Of a stretch of DNA of 64,000 nt, positions 1 through 8,986 are shown one piece after another. This stretch comes from Chloroflexia bacterium (lineage in GTDB: Bacteria > Chloroflexota > Chloroflexia > QHBQ01 > JADMIH01): positions 4,295 to 68,294 of the forward strand of contig DATINP010000044.1 in the NCBI GenBank assembly GCA_035474135.1, given 5' to 3'. The notes beneath the pieces were generated by a model. The model was not told the origin of the DNA and ran no database searches. It was given only the letters and a program-made list of their open reading frames with translations. A program made the position numbers and the translations under genes. Every line of letters starts with the position of its first letter. Positions within the stretch are counted from its first letter, which is position 1.

Positions 1-87
1 CCTGAGAGGCACAGAGTCTCTAAGAACGGTAGGGGACAATAATTCGTAGCTGAAGACAAAGAAGTATCAGCATAAATTCTCGGACAT

Positions 88-103
88 TTTTGTCGTGACA
101 AAA
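88..103. repeat. TTTTGTCGYGACAAAA palindrome (copy 1, CGTG centre) in aroF leader
   Basis: Near-perfect 16-bp palindrome about 20 nt upstream of aroF ATG. Confidence 0.8.
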
Positions 104-122
104 AAGAAAGGACGTACAAACC

Positions 123-1169
123 ATGATCATAGTAATGCGAATGGGGGCAGAGGCTCACGAAGTGGGCGGGGTCATACAGCGGATACAGGGGCTTGGGTAT
201 CGCCCGCACGTCTCCAGCGGGTCAGAGAGAGTAATCGTGGGCGTGATCGGCAACGTCAGGCCCCTCGACCCCGAGGACTTCCTGTCGCTGAGCGGTGTCG
301 AGAAGGTGATACCTATCCTCCAGCCCTACAAGCTGGCGAGCCGCGACTTTAAGCCCAGCGACACTGTCATCCGGGTGAACGACGCGCTGATCGGAGGAGA
401 TAACGTCACCTTTATGGCGGGGCCGTGCTCGGTGGAAAGCCGGGAACAAACGTTCGAGGTGGCGCGGCAGTTACGCGATATGGGCGTGAAGATCATGCGC
501 GGCGGTGCCTTCAAGCCTCGTACCTCGCCCTACAGCTTCCAGGGCATGGGCGAAGAGGGCCTCCAGATTCTGGCCGACGTACGTGACCAACTAGGCATGT
601 CGATAATCACCGAGGTCATGGCGCCCGACGAGGTGGGGCTCGTGGCACGCTACGCCGACATACTGCAGATCGGCACCCGCAATATGCAAAACTACAGGCT
701 CCTTGAAGAGGCCGGCAGGCAAAGCAAGCCGGTATTGCTGAAGCGGGGGATGAGTTCCACTATAGAGGAATTGTTGCTTGCCGCCGAATATATACTGGCG
801 CAAGGCAACACACAGGTGATGTTGTGCGAGCGTGGCATACGCACCTTCGAGAAGGCCACGCGCTCCACCTTCGACATTAACGCTATCCCTGTCCTCAAAG
901 GGCTGACCCATCTACCCGTGATAGCCGACCCCAGCCACGGTACTGGGCGCTGGGATCTCGTAACGCCCGTATCGCTGGCGGCGGTAGCAGCGGGCGCCGA
1001 CGGCATAATCATCGAGGTGCACAGCCACCCCGAACTGGCGATGTCGGATGGGGGACAATCACTGCGCCCTGAAAGATGCAACGTCTTGATAGAAGACATA
1101 CGCAGGGTTGCGCAGGCTATCGGACGTGGGCTTGATGTGGCCCACGGGGCTGGAGTGTATGCGGCTTAG
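123..1169 (+). CDS. aroF: DAHP synthase (3-deoxy-7-phosphoheptulonate synthase), type I-beta with N-terminal ferredoxin-like regulatory domain
   Basis: 348 aa, collinear with Thermotoga-type DAHPS (MIVV N-terminus, [40 protein letters not shown] motifs); AAGGA RBS upstream. Confidence 0.9.
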   Translation: MIIVMRMGAEAHEVGGVIQRIQGLGYRPHVSSGSERVIVGVIGNVRPLDPEDFLSLSGVEKVIPILQPYKLASRDFKPSDTVIRVNDALIGGDNVTFMAGPCSVESREQTFEVARQLRDMGVKIMRGGAFKPRTSPYSFQGMGEEGLQILADVRDQLGMSIITEVMAPDEVGLVARYADILQIGTRNMQNYRLLEEAGRQSKPVLLKRGMSSTIEELLLAAEYILAQGNTQVMLCERGIRTFEKATRSTFDINAIPVLKGLTHLPVIADPSHGTGRWDLVTPVSLAAVAAGADGIIIEVHSHPELAMSDGGQSLRPERCNVLIEDIRRVAQAIGRGLDVAHGAGVYAA

Positions 1170-2016
1170 CGAGACCACTATCGCTATTGTGGGCCTGGGG
1201 CTGATGGGCGGCTCGCTTGCCATGTCGCTGCGCGGGCATTGTGCGCGGCTGGTGGGCGTAGCACGCGACTCTGCGGTGGGCCAGTGGGCATTAGAGCAGG
1301 GAGTGGTGGACGTTGTATGCGAGCTAGAGCAGGCGGCGAGCGAGGCCGATATAGTAGTGCTGGCAACACCTGTGCGCCACATCATCGCGACCATACCAGG
1401 CACGGCAGCACTGATGCATCCGGGCGCACTTCTGCTCGACCTGGGCAGCACGAAGGCAGAAGTGGTCGAGATGATGAACGCTATCCCGCATGAGTTGGGA
1501 GTGGCGGCCATAGGCGGGCATCCTATGTGCGGCAAAGAGGTGGGTGGTCTTGGCAGCGCGGATGCTACCCTCTACAATGGGGCGACCTTTGTGCTCACCC
1601 CCACGCTACGCACCACGCATGAAGCCCTGGTGCTGGCACGCGAGCTTGTGAGCGCGGTAGGAGCGCGAGCCGTAGTGCTGGAGGCTGAACAGCACGACAG
1701 GGCAGTGGCGGTTATCAGCCACCTCCCATATCTGTTGGCAAGCATGCTGGTGCAGGCCGAGGCAGAGGCAAGCATCAAGGACCCCGTTACGGGCACACTG
1801 GCGGCGAGCGGCTTCCGCGATACGAGCCGCCTTGCAGCCAGCCAGACCGGGATGATGTTGGACATACTACGCACCAACGGGCCGAGCGTGGAGGCAGCGC
1901 TTGACCTGTTTGAGGCGCAGTTGAGGCAGGTAAGGGCGCTATTGGGGAACGAAGACGAAGCAGGGCTGAAAGAGTGGATGGTAAAGGCCAGGAAGCGGCG
2001 AAGGGAGATGTTCTGA
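1159..2016 (+). CDS. tyrA: prephenate dehydrogenase
   Basis: Rossmann motif [12 protein letters not shown] and conserved HLPYLLA core; ORF opens at 1108 but ATG at 1159 overlaps aroF stop, so the shorter start is preferred. Confidence 0.8.
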   Translation: MRLSETTIAIVGLGLMGGSLAMSLRGHCARLVGVARDSAVGQWALEQGVVDVVCELEQAASEADIVVLATPVRHIIATIPGTAALMHPGALLLDLGSTKAEVVEMMNAIPHELGVAAIGGHPMCGKEVGGLGSADATLYNGATFVLTPTLRTTHEALVLARELVSAVGARAVVLEAEQHDRAVAVISHLPYLLASMLVQAEAEASIKDPVTGTLAASGFRDTSRLAASQTGMMLDILRTNGPSVEAALDLFEAQLRQVRALLGNEDEAGLKEWMVKARKRRREMF

Positions 2017-3326
2017 TGGGCGCAACAGGAACGTCAAAGACGATGGTGATACAGGGCGGGAGAGAAAACCTTGTGGGAAGAGTCGAGGTGCCAGGCGACA
2101 AGTCAATCTCGCACCGGGCGACGATGCTGGGGGCGCTGGGCGAGGGTACAACGCGCATACGGAACTTCCTGCCCGCCAGCGACTGCCTGAGCACACTGGA
2201 AGTAGTGCGCGGGTTGGGAGTCGAAGTGGTGTATAGCCAGGACGAGGTGCTGGTGCGTGGGCTAGGGCTGAAGGGCTGGCGCCAACCCACGAGGTCGCTG
2301 GAGTGCGGCGGGTCGGGCACGACTATGCGTCTCATGGCGGGCCTACTGGCGGGATTGCCGTTGTACAGCATACTGGCTGGCAATACCCAATTGAGCCGTA
2401 GACCGATGGATAGGGTAGCTGTGCCCCTGCGGCAGATGGGCGCAACCATCCTCGGCGATGATGACGGCAAGTACCCGCCGTTGTCCATTCTCGGAGGCGA
2501 CCTGAGAGCGATCCGGTACGAGATGCCCATCGCCAGTGCGCAGGTGAAGTCTGCTGTTCTGCTGGCAGGACTGTTCGCGCAGGGGGTCACTTCGGTGGTA
2601 GAAGCGGCTGTCACGCGCGACCACACCGAGAGGATGCTGACCGCAATGGGCGTGCGAGTAGAGAGTGAGGCCGGCATGGTTCAGGTGCACCCGTCGCCGC
2701 ATTTGGAACCTCTGGACCTGCGCGTACCGGCGGACATGTCGTCGGCGGCGTTTCTGCTGGCAATAGCAGCAGTGGTGCCCGGTTCGCGTGTGATGGTGCC
2801 GGGCGTGGGCATTAACCCGGGCCGGGTGGGCATCTTGCACGTTCTGCGGAAGATGGGAGCCGAGGTGTGCCTTCACAACCAGCGTGTCGATGCAGGCGAA
2901 CCTGTGGCCGATATCGAGGTGAGGTATGGCACTCTCAGGGGCATTTCGATAGGGGCGGAGGACGTGCCCACAATGATAGACGAGTTGCCCGTGTTGGCGG
3001 TGATTGCGACCCAGGCCGAAGGGGTGACCGAGGTGCGGGGGGCAGCCGAATTGCGGGTAAAGGAGACCGACAGGATAGCTACCACGGTATCCGAACTGAG
3101 GCGCATGGGAGCGCGTATCGAAGCTCTGGAAGATGGGTTCGTGGTGGAAGGGCCAACGAGACTACACGGGGCACACGTCGAGAGTCACGACGACCACCGG
3201 CTTGCTATGTCGCTGGCGGTGGCGGCACTGGCGGCGAGCGGTGAAACGACGATAGAGGGCGCAGCTTGCCTTAGCGACAGCTTCCCGGGCTTTGAAGAGC
3301 AAGTTGCACAACTCATCGGTTATTGA
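2016..3326 (+). CDS. aroA: 3-phosphoshikimate 1-carboxyvinyltransferase (EPSP synthase)
   Basis: KSISHR, LGALGEGTT, GNTQLSRRPMDR, LAVIATQAEG motifs; ATG overlaps tyrA TGA (ATGA coupling); ORF-track start at 1974 is upstream of the likely start. Confidence 0.9.
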   Translation: MGATGTSKTMVIQGGRENLVGRVEVPGDKSISHRATMLGALGEGTTRIRNFLPASDCLSTLEVVRGLGVEVVYSQDEVLVRGLGLKGWRQPTRSLECGGSGTTMRLMAGLLAGLPLYSILAGNTQLSRRPMDRVAVPLRQMGATILGDDDGKYPPLSILGGDLRAIRYEMPIASAQVKSAVLLAGLFAQGVTSVVEAAVTRDHTERMLTAMGVRVESEAGMVQVHPSPHLEPLDLRVPADMSSAAFLLAIAAVVPGSRVMVPGVGINPGRVGILHVLRKMGAEVCLHNQRVDAGEPVADIEVRYGTLRGISIGAEDVPTMIDELPVLAVIATQAEGVTEVRGAAELRVKETDRIATTVSELRRMGARIEALEDGFVVEGPTRLHGAHVESHDDHRLAMSLAVAALAASGETTIEGAACLSDSFPGFEEQVAQLIGY

Positions 3327-3375
3327 GACGTGAAACGCAAAGATCGCAGAGAGCGCAAAGTTTTAAGAGGTCGGG

Positions 3376-3393
3376 TTTTTGTCGCGACAAAAA
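3376..3393. repeat. TTTTTGTCGCGACAAAAA perfect palindrome (copy 2)
   Basis: 18-bp perfect palindrome between aroA and aroE. Confidence 0.85.
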
Positions 3394-3394
3394 A

Positions 3395-3438
3395 GACGTA
3401 TGACGCATGACGCATGACGCATGACGCATGACGTATGA
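3395..3438. repeat. (GACGYAT)6 tandem heptamer array
   Basis: gacgtat gacgcat x4 gacgtat read directly. Confidence 0.9.
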
Positions 3439-3444
3439 GATACC

Positions 3445-4314
3445 ATGGCACCTGACGACCACCAAGACACATCAACTGTCACACATCACGTCGGCCTCAT
3501 CGGCTACCCCGTGGAGCACAGCCTGTCGCCCGCAATGCACAACGCAGCATTCACGCATTTGGGGTTGGAATACCGATATGTGCTATTGCCTACACCTCCT
3601 AGCGAGTTGGAGAGGCGCGTGAGAGAGTGCGTGGAGCGAGGGTTCGCGGGGTGGAACGTGACGGTACCCCACAAGGAGGGGATGGCACGAATGCTTGACG
3701 AGATGAGCGACGAGGTGAAGGCAACCGGCGCGTGCAACACTGTGCTGGTGGAGGGTGGCAAACTGCAGGGCTTCAATACTGACACAATAGGGTTTATACG
3801 AGGGCTAGAGGAAGCGGGCGGTATCTCGGCAGGCTCGAAGGCGGTCGTGCTGGGCGCAGGCGGGGCGGCGCGCGGCGTGGCGTGGGCATTGAGGCAAGCC
3901 GGGCACCGGGTGATTATTTTGTCGCGGAAGCCGGAGCAAGCGCGAGAGGTCGCCGAGGCTATAGGGGTAGAAGCCGGTCTGCTTGATGCGGAAACGCTAG
4001 AGGGCGAACTTGAAGTGGCGCAGCTACTCGTGAACTGCACGCCCGCGGGTATGTGGCCTCATGTGGAGGAGAGTCCTGTGCCGGACGGTGCGCGGATACC
4101 GGCAAACATGCTGGTGTACGACCTGGTGTACAGGCCAAGGCCGACATTGATGCTGCGGAAGGCGGCGGAGGCGGGCTGCCGTACGCAGAATGGGCTGGCG
4201 ATGCTGGTGTACCAGGGAGCAGCAGCGTTCGAAATATGGACGGGCCGTCCTGCCCCAATAGAGATGATGAGAAGGGCGTGCGTCAGGGGCGAGGGATTAG
4301 GGGTTAGGGGTTAG
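3445..4314 (+). CDS. aroE: shikimate dehydrogenase
   Basis: GLIGYPVEHSLSP, NVTVPHK, NTDTIGF, GAGGAARG motifs; C-terminal residues GLGVRG are encoded by the GGGGTTA heptamer repeat. Confidence 0.85.
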   Translation: MAPDDHQDTSTVTHHVGLIGYPVEHSLSPAMHNAAFTHLGLEYRYVLLPTPPSELERRVRECVERGFAGWNVTVPHKEGMARMLDEMSDEVKATGACNTVLVEGGKLQGFNTDTIGFIRGLEEAGGISAGSKAVVLGAGGAARGVAWALRQAGHRVIILSRKPEQAREVAEAIGVEAGLLDAETLEGELEVAQLLVNCTPAGMWPHVEESPVPDGARIPANMLVYDLVYRPRPTLMLRKAAEAGCRTQNGLAMLVYQGAAAFEIWTGRPAPIEMMRRACVRGEGLGVRG

Positions 4315-4368
4315 TAAGACGTCGTAAAACGCATAACTTCTAACACCTGACCCCTCACCCCTAACACC
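4287..4368. repeat. GGGGTTA-based composite inverted repeat
   Basis: ggggcgagggattaggggttaggggttag ... ctaacacctgacccctcacccctaacacc; left arm encodes the AroE C-terminus. Confidence 0.75.
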
Positions 4369-4389
4369 TACAGGAAGGATAACGCAACA

Positions 4390-5529
4390 ATGATACACAG
4401 GTTTCTTACGGGCGGAGAGTCACACGGGCCGGGGCTAACCACGATAGTGGAGGGGTTCCCGGCGGGGCTGGCATTGGACGTGGAGGCGATCAACCACGAG
4501 TTGACCCGTCGCCAAGGGGGCTATGGACGCAGCGGGCGCCAGCATATCGAGCGTGACGAGGTGCAGTTCTGGGGCGGAGTGGAGAATGGCGTCACCACAG
4601 GCGGGCCAATCGTCATGCAGATCGCCAACCGCGACTACGCCAACTTCATCAAGAAGGAGCACCCACGCCTCACCGCGCCACGGCCAGGCCACGCAGATCT
4701 CGTGGGGGCCATCAAGTATGGCTACAGCGACATGAGGACGGCGCTTGAACGCTCAAGCGCGCGGGAGACGGCGGCTCGAACAGCGACGGGCGCCCTCGCC
4801 AAGCAGTTGCTGGGGCAGTTCGGGGTGAAGGTGGGCAGTGTCGTCACAGAGATCGGGGGCGAACAGGCCGACGTGGACCTGTCGTCCCCGGAGTCGCTCC
4901 TGGAGGCCACAGAAGCCTCGCCCGTGCGGTGTCCTGATACGGAGGCCACGGAGCGAATGAAAGCGCGCATAGACTACGCCAGGCGCACCGGTGACACGTT
5001 GGGTGGGGTGTTCGTGGTGTGGGCGACAGGGCTTCCAATAGGGTTGGGAAGCTATGTGCACTGGGACCGCCGCCTCGACGGTCTGCTCGCGTGGGCGGTG
5101 ATGAGTATCCAGGCGATCAAGGGGGTGGAGATCGGCGAAGGCTTCGAGAACGCCCGCATGAACGGGCGGGACGTGCACGACCAGATTTATGTCGGCGAGC
5201 GGGGGTTGGAGAGGCACACGAACCGTGCGGGTGGGCTGGAAGGCGGCGTGACTAATGGGCAGCCGCTGATCGTGCGTGCCGCGATGAAGCCGATCTCTAC
5301 TACGATCAACCCGTTGCAGACGGTGGACGTGGCAACGGGCGAGGCGGCCAGCACGCAGTACCAGCGCTCGGACTTCTGCGCCGTGCCCGCAGCGGGCGTA
5401 GTGGGCGAGGCAATGGTGGCGTGGATACTGGCCGACGTGCTGCACGAGAAGCTGGGCGGCGACAGCCTGAGTGAGATGCGCGCACGGACGACGGACGACG
5501 GACGACCGACGACGGGCAGTGCCCGGTGA
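4390..5529 (+). CDS. aroC: chorismate synthase
   Basis: GESHGPGL, RRQGGYGRSGRQ, RPGHADL, SARETAART signatures; C-terminal TTDDGRPTTG is encoded by the left arm of a GGACGAC hairpin element. Confidence 0.9.
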   Translation: MIHRFLTGGESHGPGLTTIVEGFPAGLALDVEAINHELTRRQGGYGRSGRQHIERDEVQFWGGVENGVTTGGPIVMQIANRDYANFIKKEHPRLTAPRPGHADLVGAIKYGYSDMRTALERSSARETAARTATGALAKQLLGQFGVKVGSVVTEIGGEQADVDLSSPESLLEATEASPVRCPDTEATERMKARIDYARRTGDTLGGVFVVWATGLPIGLGSYVHWDRRLDGLLAWAVMSIQAIKGVEIGEGFENARMNGRDVHDQIYVGERGLERHTNRAGGLEGGVTNGQPLIVRAAMKPISTTINPLQTVDVATGEAASTQYQRSDFCAVPAAGVVGEAMVAWILADVLHEKLGGDSLSEMRARTTDDGRPTTGSAR

Positions 5530-5559
5530 CCAGCAGGCGTCGTCCGTCGTCCGTCGTCC
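5484..5559. repeat. (GGACGAC)n / (GTCGTCC)n hairpin element spanning the aroC-aroK junction
   Basis: Left arm acggacgacggacgacggacgaccgacgacgg, 22-nt loop, right arm cgtcgtccgtcgtccgtcgtcc. Confidence 0.85.
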
Positions 5560-6086
5560 GTCGTCCTACCAGGAATCTGGTGCTGGTAGGATTTATGGGC
5601 ACTGGCAAGACTACTGTGGGCGCGCTTGTGGCCGAGCGGCTGGGGTGGTCGTTCGTGGATACGGACGCACTGGTCAAGGTAGCGACGGGGATGTCCGTAG
5701 CCGAGATCTTCGCGACGCAAGGAGAGGTCGCGTTCCGAGCGCTGGAGAGAGAGGCGTGCCGGGAGGCAAGCGCACGCCAACACGTCGTTATAAGCGTGGG
5801 AGGCGGAGCCGTGATGGACCCGGAGAACAGGCGTGCGCTTGAAGCGAGCGGGATGCTTGTGCTGTTGACGTGCGAGCGCGACAGGCTGATCGAGCGATTG
5901 GAGGAGTCTGTGCGCCGAGGCGAGCGGCCCCTGCTTACCGGCGACATTGGGAAACGTATAGACACACTCGCCGCGAGCCGGGCGCAGGTGTATGGGTCAA
6001 TCGCGATGAAGGTGGACACTACGAGGCTGACGCCGGAAGAGGTTGTAGAGATTTTGGTCAGGGATTGTAACCCTTTACTCTCGTAA
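5526..6086 (+). CDS. aroK: shikimate kinase
   Basis: Walker A GFMGTGKTT and shikimate-kinase core; GTG start overlaps aroC stop; N-terminal [11 protein letters not shown] is encoded by the right arm of the hairpin element, so the true start is uncertain. Confidence 0.8.
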   Translation: MTSRRRPSSVVRRPTRNLVLVGFMGTGKTTVGALVAERLGWSFVDTDALVKVATGMSVAEIFATQGEVAFRALEREACREASARQHVVISVGGGAVMDPENRRALEASGMLVLLTCERDRLIERLEESVRRGERPLLTGDIGKRIDTLAASRAQVYGSIAMKVDTTRLTPEEVVEILVRDCNPLLS

Positions 6087-6097
6087 AAGGAAGCATT

Positions 6098-7234
6098 ATG
6101 CAGGACATACAAGCCGACACTATTCGAGTGCAGACGCTCGATGGAGGGTACGATATCGTGCTGGGGAACGGATTGCTTGAAAGTGTGGGAAGGCTGGCGA
6201 GCAAGTTGGGGCTGGGCCGGAGGGTGGTGGTCGCCAGCGACACAAATGTGGCTCCTCTGTATGCCGAGCGAGCTATCCAGCCGCTGAAAGGCGCTGGTTT
6301 CGACGCTACACTGGCGGTTATGCCTGCTGGCGAGAAGCATAAGCGGTGGCCGTCGGTCGAGATGTTCGTGGAGTCCTTTCTGGACGCTGGCCTCGACCGG
6401 GGAGGTTGGGTGGCGGCGCTGGGCGGGGGCGTGGTGGGCGACACTGCCGGGTTCGCCGCATCTGTCTACATGCGCGGGGTGGACTTTGTACAACTGCCAA
6501 CCAGCCTGCTGGCTATGGCCGATTCGAGCATCGGGGGCAAAGTGGGCGTGGACCACGAGCGTGGCAAGAACCTGCTTGGCGCGTTCAAACAGCCCCGACT
6601 GGTGGTGGCCGACCTGGACGTGCTGGCGACCCTGCCACAGAAAGAGGTCGCGTGCGGCATGGCCGAGGTGATCAAGGCAGAGGTGATAGGGGGAATTGAC
6701 GACGGACGACGGACGACAGACGACAGCAATCGACTAACGTCCTCGGTCGTCCGTCGTCCGTCGTCCGTCGTCTCTCCTACGATCTACGACTCGCTGCGCC
6801 GGGCTATCGAAGTGAAGCGAGGGATCGTGGAGCGCGACCCGCACGAGGCGGGGGAGAGGGCGCTGCTGAACCTGGGTCATACGTTCGGGCACGCTTTCGA
6901 GAAATGCACAGGGTATAATAGGCCTCACGGCTACGCGGTGGCGCAGGGGATGGTAGTGGCGTGCAGGCTGGCGGCGGCGCTCGGTATGTGCGACGAGGGG
7001 TTGGCTGAGAGCGTTGAGCGCGCGCTCGCAGCGTGGGACCTGCCCATCAGGTGGGGTGCGCCCGATCTTGAGGACGAGGGTGCTGTGGAGCGCGTGTGGG
7101 AGGCGATGAGGCTGGACAAGAAGCGCGTGGACGGGAGATTACGCTTGGTTTTGCCGGAGGCAATTGGCAGGGTGTGCATTGTTGACGATGCGCCCGAAGT
7201 TGTTATCAAGAGGGTATTGAGGGAGACGAAGTGA
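6098..7234 (+). CDS. aroB: 3-dehydroquinate synthase (carries an in-frame palindromic-repeat insertion)
   Basis: DHQS motifs [27 protein letters not shown]; residues DDGRRTTDD...[11 protein letters not shown] (nt 6698-6772) are encoded by a perfect heptamer hairpin element. Confidence 0.85.
   Translation: MQDIQADTIRVQTLDGGYDIVLGNGLLESVGRLASKLGLGRRVVVASDTNVAPLYAERAIQPLKGAGFDATLAVMPAGEKHKRWPSVEMFVESFLDAGLDRGGWVAALGGGVVGDTAGFAASVYMRGVDFVQLPTSLLAMADSSIGGKVGVDHERGKNLLGAFKQPRLVVADLDVLATLPQKEVACGMAEVIKAEVIGGIDDGRRTTDDSNRLTSSVVRRPSSVVSPTIYDSLRRAIEVKRGIVERDPHEAGERALLNLGHTFGHAFEKCTGYNRPHGYAVAQGMVVACRLAAALGMCDEGLAESVERALAAWDLPIRWGAPDLEDEGAVERVWEAMRLDKKRVDGRLRLVLPEAIGRVCIVDDAPEVVIKRVLRETK
6698..6772. 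repeat. (GGACGAC)n / (GTCGTCC)n perfect hairpin element inside aroB
   Basis: gacgacggacgacggacgacagacgac - 21-nt loop - gtcgtccgtcgtccgtcgtccgtcgtc; 75 nt, a multiple of 3. Confidence 0.9.
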
Positions 7235-7235
7235 A

Positions 7236-7703
7236 ATGGAGCTGAAGGACGACCGGAACGGGCGCACGAGGCTGCTGGTGCTGCACGGGCCGAACCTCAA
7301 TCTACTCGGGCTACGCGAACCGCACATCTACGGCACGCTGAGCCTGCCCGAAATAAACAGCGCGCTGAAGGAACAGGCAGCAGAAAATAAAGTGGAATTG
7401 CGGATTGTGCAGTCGAACCACGAGGGCGCGCTGATTGACGAGATACACTCGGCCAGAGATTGGGCAGCGGGGATATTGATCAACGCGGGCGCGTACACGC
7501 ACACCAGCTATGCCCTGCGCGATGCGATCTCGGCGGTGGGCCTACCCACGGTGGAGGTGCACCTGTCGAACATTTACGCGCGTGAGGAGTTCCGGCATCA
7601 CTCAGTGCTGGCAGCGGTGTGCAATGGGCAGATTTCGGGCTTCGGACAGGACAGCTACCTGCTGGGGTTGCAGGCGTTGTTAGGTGTAATTGACAGGCAA
7701 TAG
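7236..7703 (+). CDS. aroQ: 3-dehydroquinate dehydratase, type II
   Basis: [20 protein letters not shown] and [14 protein letters not shown] signatures. Confidence 0.9.
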   Translation: MELKDDRNGRTRLLVLHGPNLNLLGLREPHIYGTLSLPEINSALKEQAAENKVELRIVQSNHEGALIDEIHSARDWAAGILINAGAYTHTSYALRDAISAVGLPTVEVHLSNIYAREEFRHHSVLAAVCNGQISGFGQDSYLLGLQALLGVIDRQ

Positions 7704-7715
7704 GAGCTTCCCCGC

Positions 7716-8552
7716 TCAGAACGAGGTACGCACAGCGCGAATGAGGTTTATTGGAGAGGCGTGGGGTGTCGCTATCAGGTGAGCAAGTGCGCCGGCGTGC
7801 TCATCAATGCGGCGCATCACATCCGCTTCATCGTCTTCGCACGTACAGCCGACCAGGTCGAGACAGTGAGCCCAGGCAGATTCGCGCGCTCTGTCCACCA
7901 TCAAGCAGGAGAACTCCTCATCCCACTGACCGAAAATCTCGTCGAGAAATCGGAGGGCGGGAGAATAGAGGCGCTCCACATGCTCCTGTAGTGTGTTGGC
8001 AGTACGCTTGAGCACCTCGTTTACGCCTGTATGGTCGTCGTAGCGCATGGGACGATCCGGATCAATCCCGGAGCGCATGAGAGCGATTGCCAGGTCGTGG
8101 TTGATATGAGCATTGACGCCGAGCAGGAGATGTTGTATTGCCAGCCCCTCACCATTCGCGCTTAACTCAAATGCAACCCGCCAGGCAGTCGGCACGTGCT
8201 CCAGGTCTCCCCGCTCGAAGGCTCGGAAAGCCTCCATATAGAGTTGTGCAAAATTCACAAGATAGCTTTGCACCCATGGGCCGTCCCTGAACTCACCTGC
8301 CTCTATAGCCTCGTCCATAGCCGACGTGATCGTCAGATAAGCCCCAACAAATATTGCCCGCCGGTCATTCGCGGCTCGGAGTTCCTCTTCAAGAGCAGTA
8401 AAACCGGCTCGTGCCGCAGCCGGTGTGGAGTAGTCGCCGTCCATGTGGAAGGTGATACGCACCGTGCCGTCGGCGCCTGAAAGCAGGGGCTGATCCATAT
8501 CACCCATAGTGCTACTGTCGTCCTCGATTGGGAACTCAACAGAGTGGTTCAT
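7716..8552 (-). CDS. hypothetical protein (possibly DUF5995-like)
   Basis: 278-aa ORF convergent with aroQ; conserved-looking LLGVNAHINHDL stretch; function unknown. Confidence 0.4.
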   Translation of the reverse strand: MNHSVEFPIEDDSSTMGDMDQPLLSGADGTVRITFHMDGDYSTPAAARAGFTALEEELRAANDRRAIFVGAYLTITSAMDEAIEAGEFRDGPWVQSYLVNFAQLYMEAFRAFERGDLEHVPTAWRVAFELSANGEGLAIQHLLLGVNAHINHDLAIALMRSGIDPDRPMRYDDHTGVNEVLKRTANTLQEHVERLYSPALRFLDEIFGQWDEEFSCLMVDRARESAWAHCLDLVGCTCEDDEADVMRRIDEHAGALAHLIATPHASPINLIRAVRTSF

Positions 8553-8810
8553 CTAGGCTTCCTGCAGGAATACCGGCTCGTAAGCTCACCCGGGTATTGT
8601 AATGTTCGCTAAGAGTAGGCTGAACGGTGTCACTGAGTCGGCGGTCTAGCAACACTGTCTAAAGCAGACGGAAATACTATGTGTAATGGACGGCTGCACA
8701 TTCGCACAGCCTTATAGGTGGGCAAATTATACTGCCTGACCAACGCGTAAGTCAATGGTAGATTTCAGGGTAAGCGTTTGCATACCGCTGAGGATAATTG
8801 GGCGTGATGC

Positions 8811-8832
8811 CTTTTTTGCCGCGACAGAAATC
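8811..8832. repeat. degenerate copy of the TTTGTCGCGACAAA palindrome
   Basis: cttttttgccgcgacagaaatc downstream of cydB. Confidence 0.5.
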
Positions 8833-8986
8833 CACCGTCAGTTCTGATCAAGCCCGACCTCTTTACGCAGTTCGTCTGCGGTTTTGGGTTCGACCACGCC
8901 GTGCTCCGAACCTCCAGAGCCGGACGCAATCGGGCGGTTGGTAATGGGCGGAACATAGGTTCCGAGCGTCCGCATCCATCTGCGTT

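Noticed and set aside
95-352. 85-aa ORF overlapping the start of aroF, and many other 60-200-aa ORFs in the track (for example 222-449, 692-1099, 1787-2677, 2343-2876, 4753-5445, 5306-6556, 12793-13284, 15392-15904, 17675-18082, 20850-21449, 23639-24070, 24144-24818, 25679-26122, 26180-26893, 28440-28922, 30434-31234, 32273-32920, 50673-51875, 52029-52502, 59429-60832)
   Set aside because: All lie antisense or out of frame within well-supported genes and have Arg/Gly/Pro/Ala-rich compositions expected from spurious ORFs in high-GC sequence.
3395-3438. Heptamer arrays as possible CRISPR
   Set aside because: Units are 7 nt with no unique spacers and no cas genes nearby; arrays are paired as inverted repeats, unlike CRISPR architecture.
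8838-8972. 45-aa ORF directly downstream of cydB (possible CydX-type small subunit)
   Set aside because: Product is hydrophilic with no TM helix, unlike CydX/CydS; likely non-coding or an unrelated tiny ORF.
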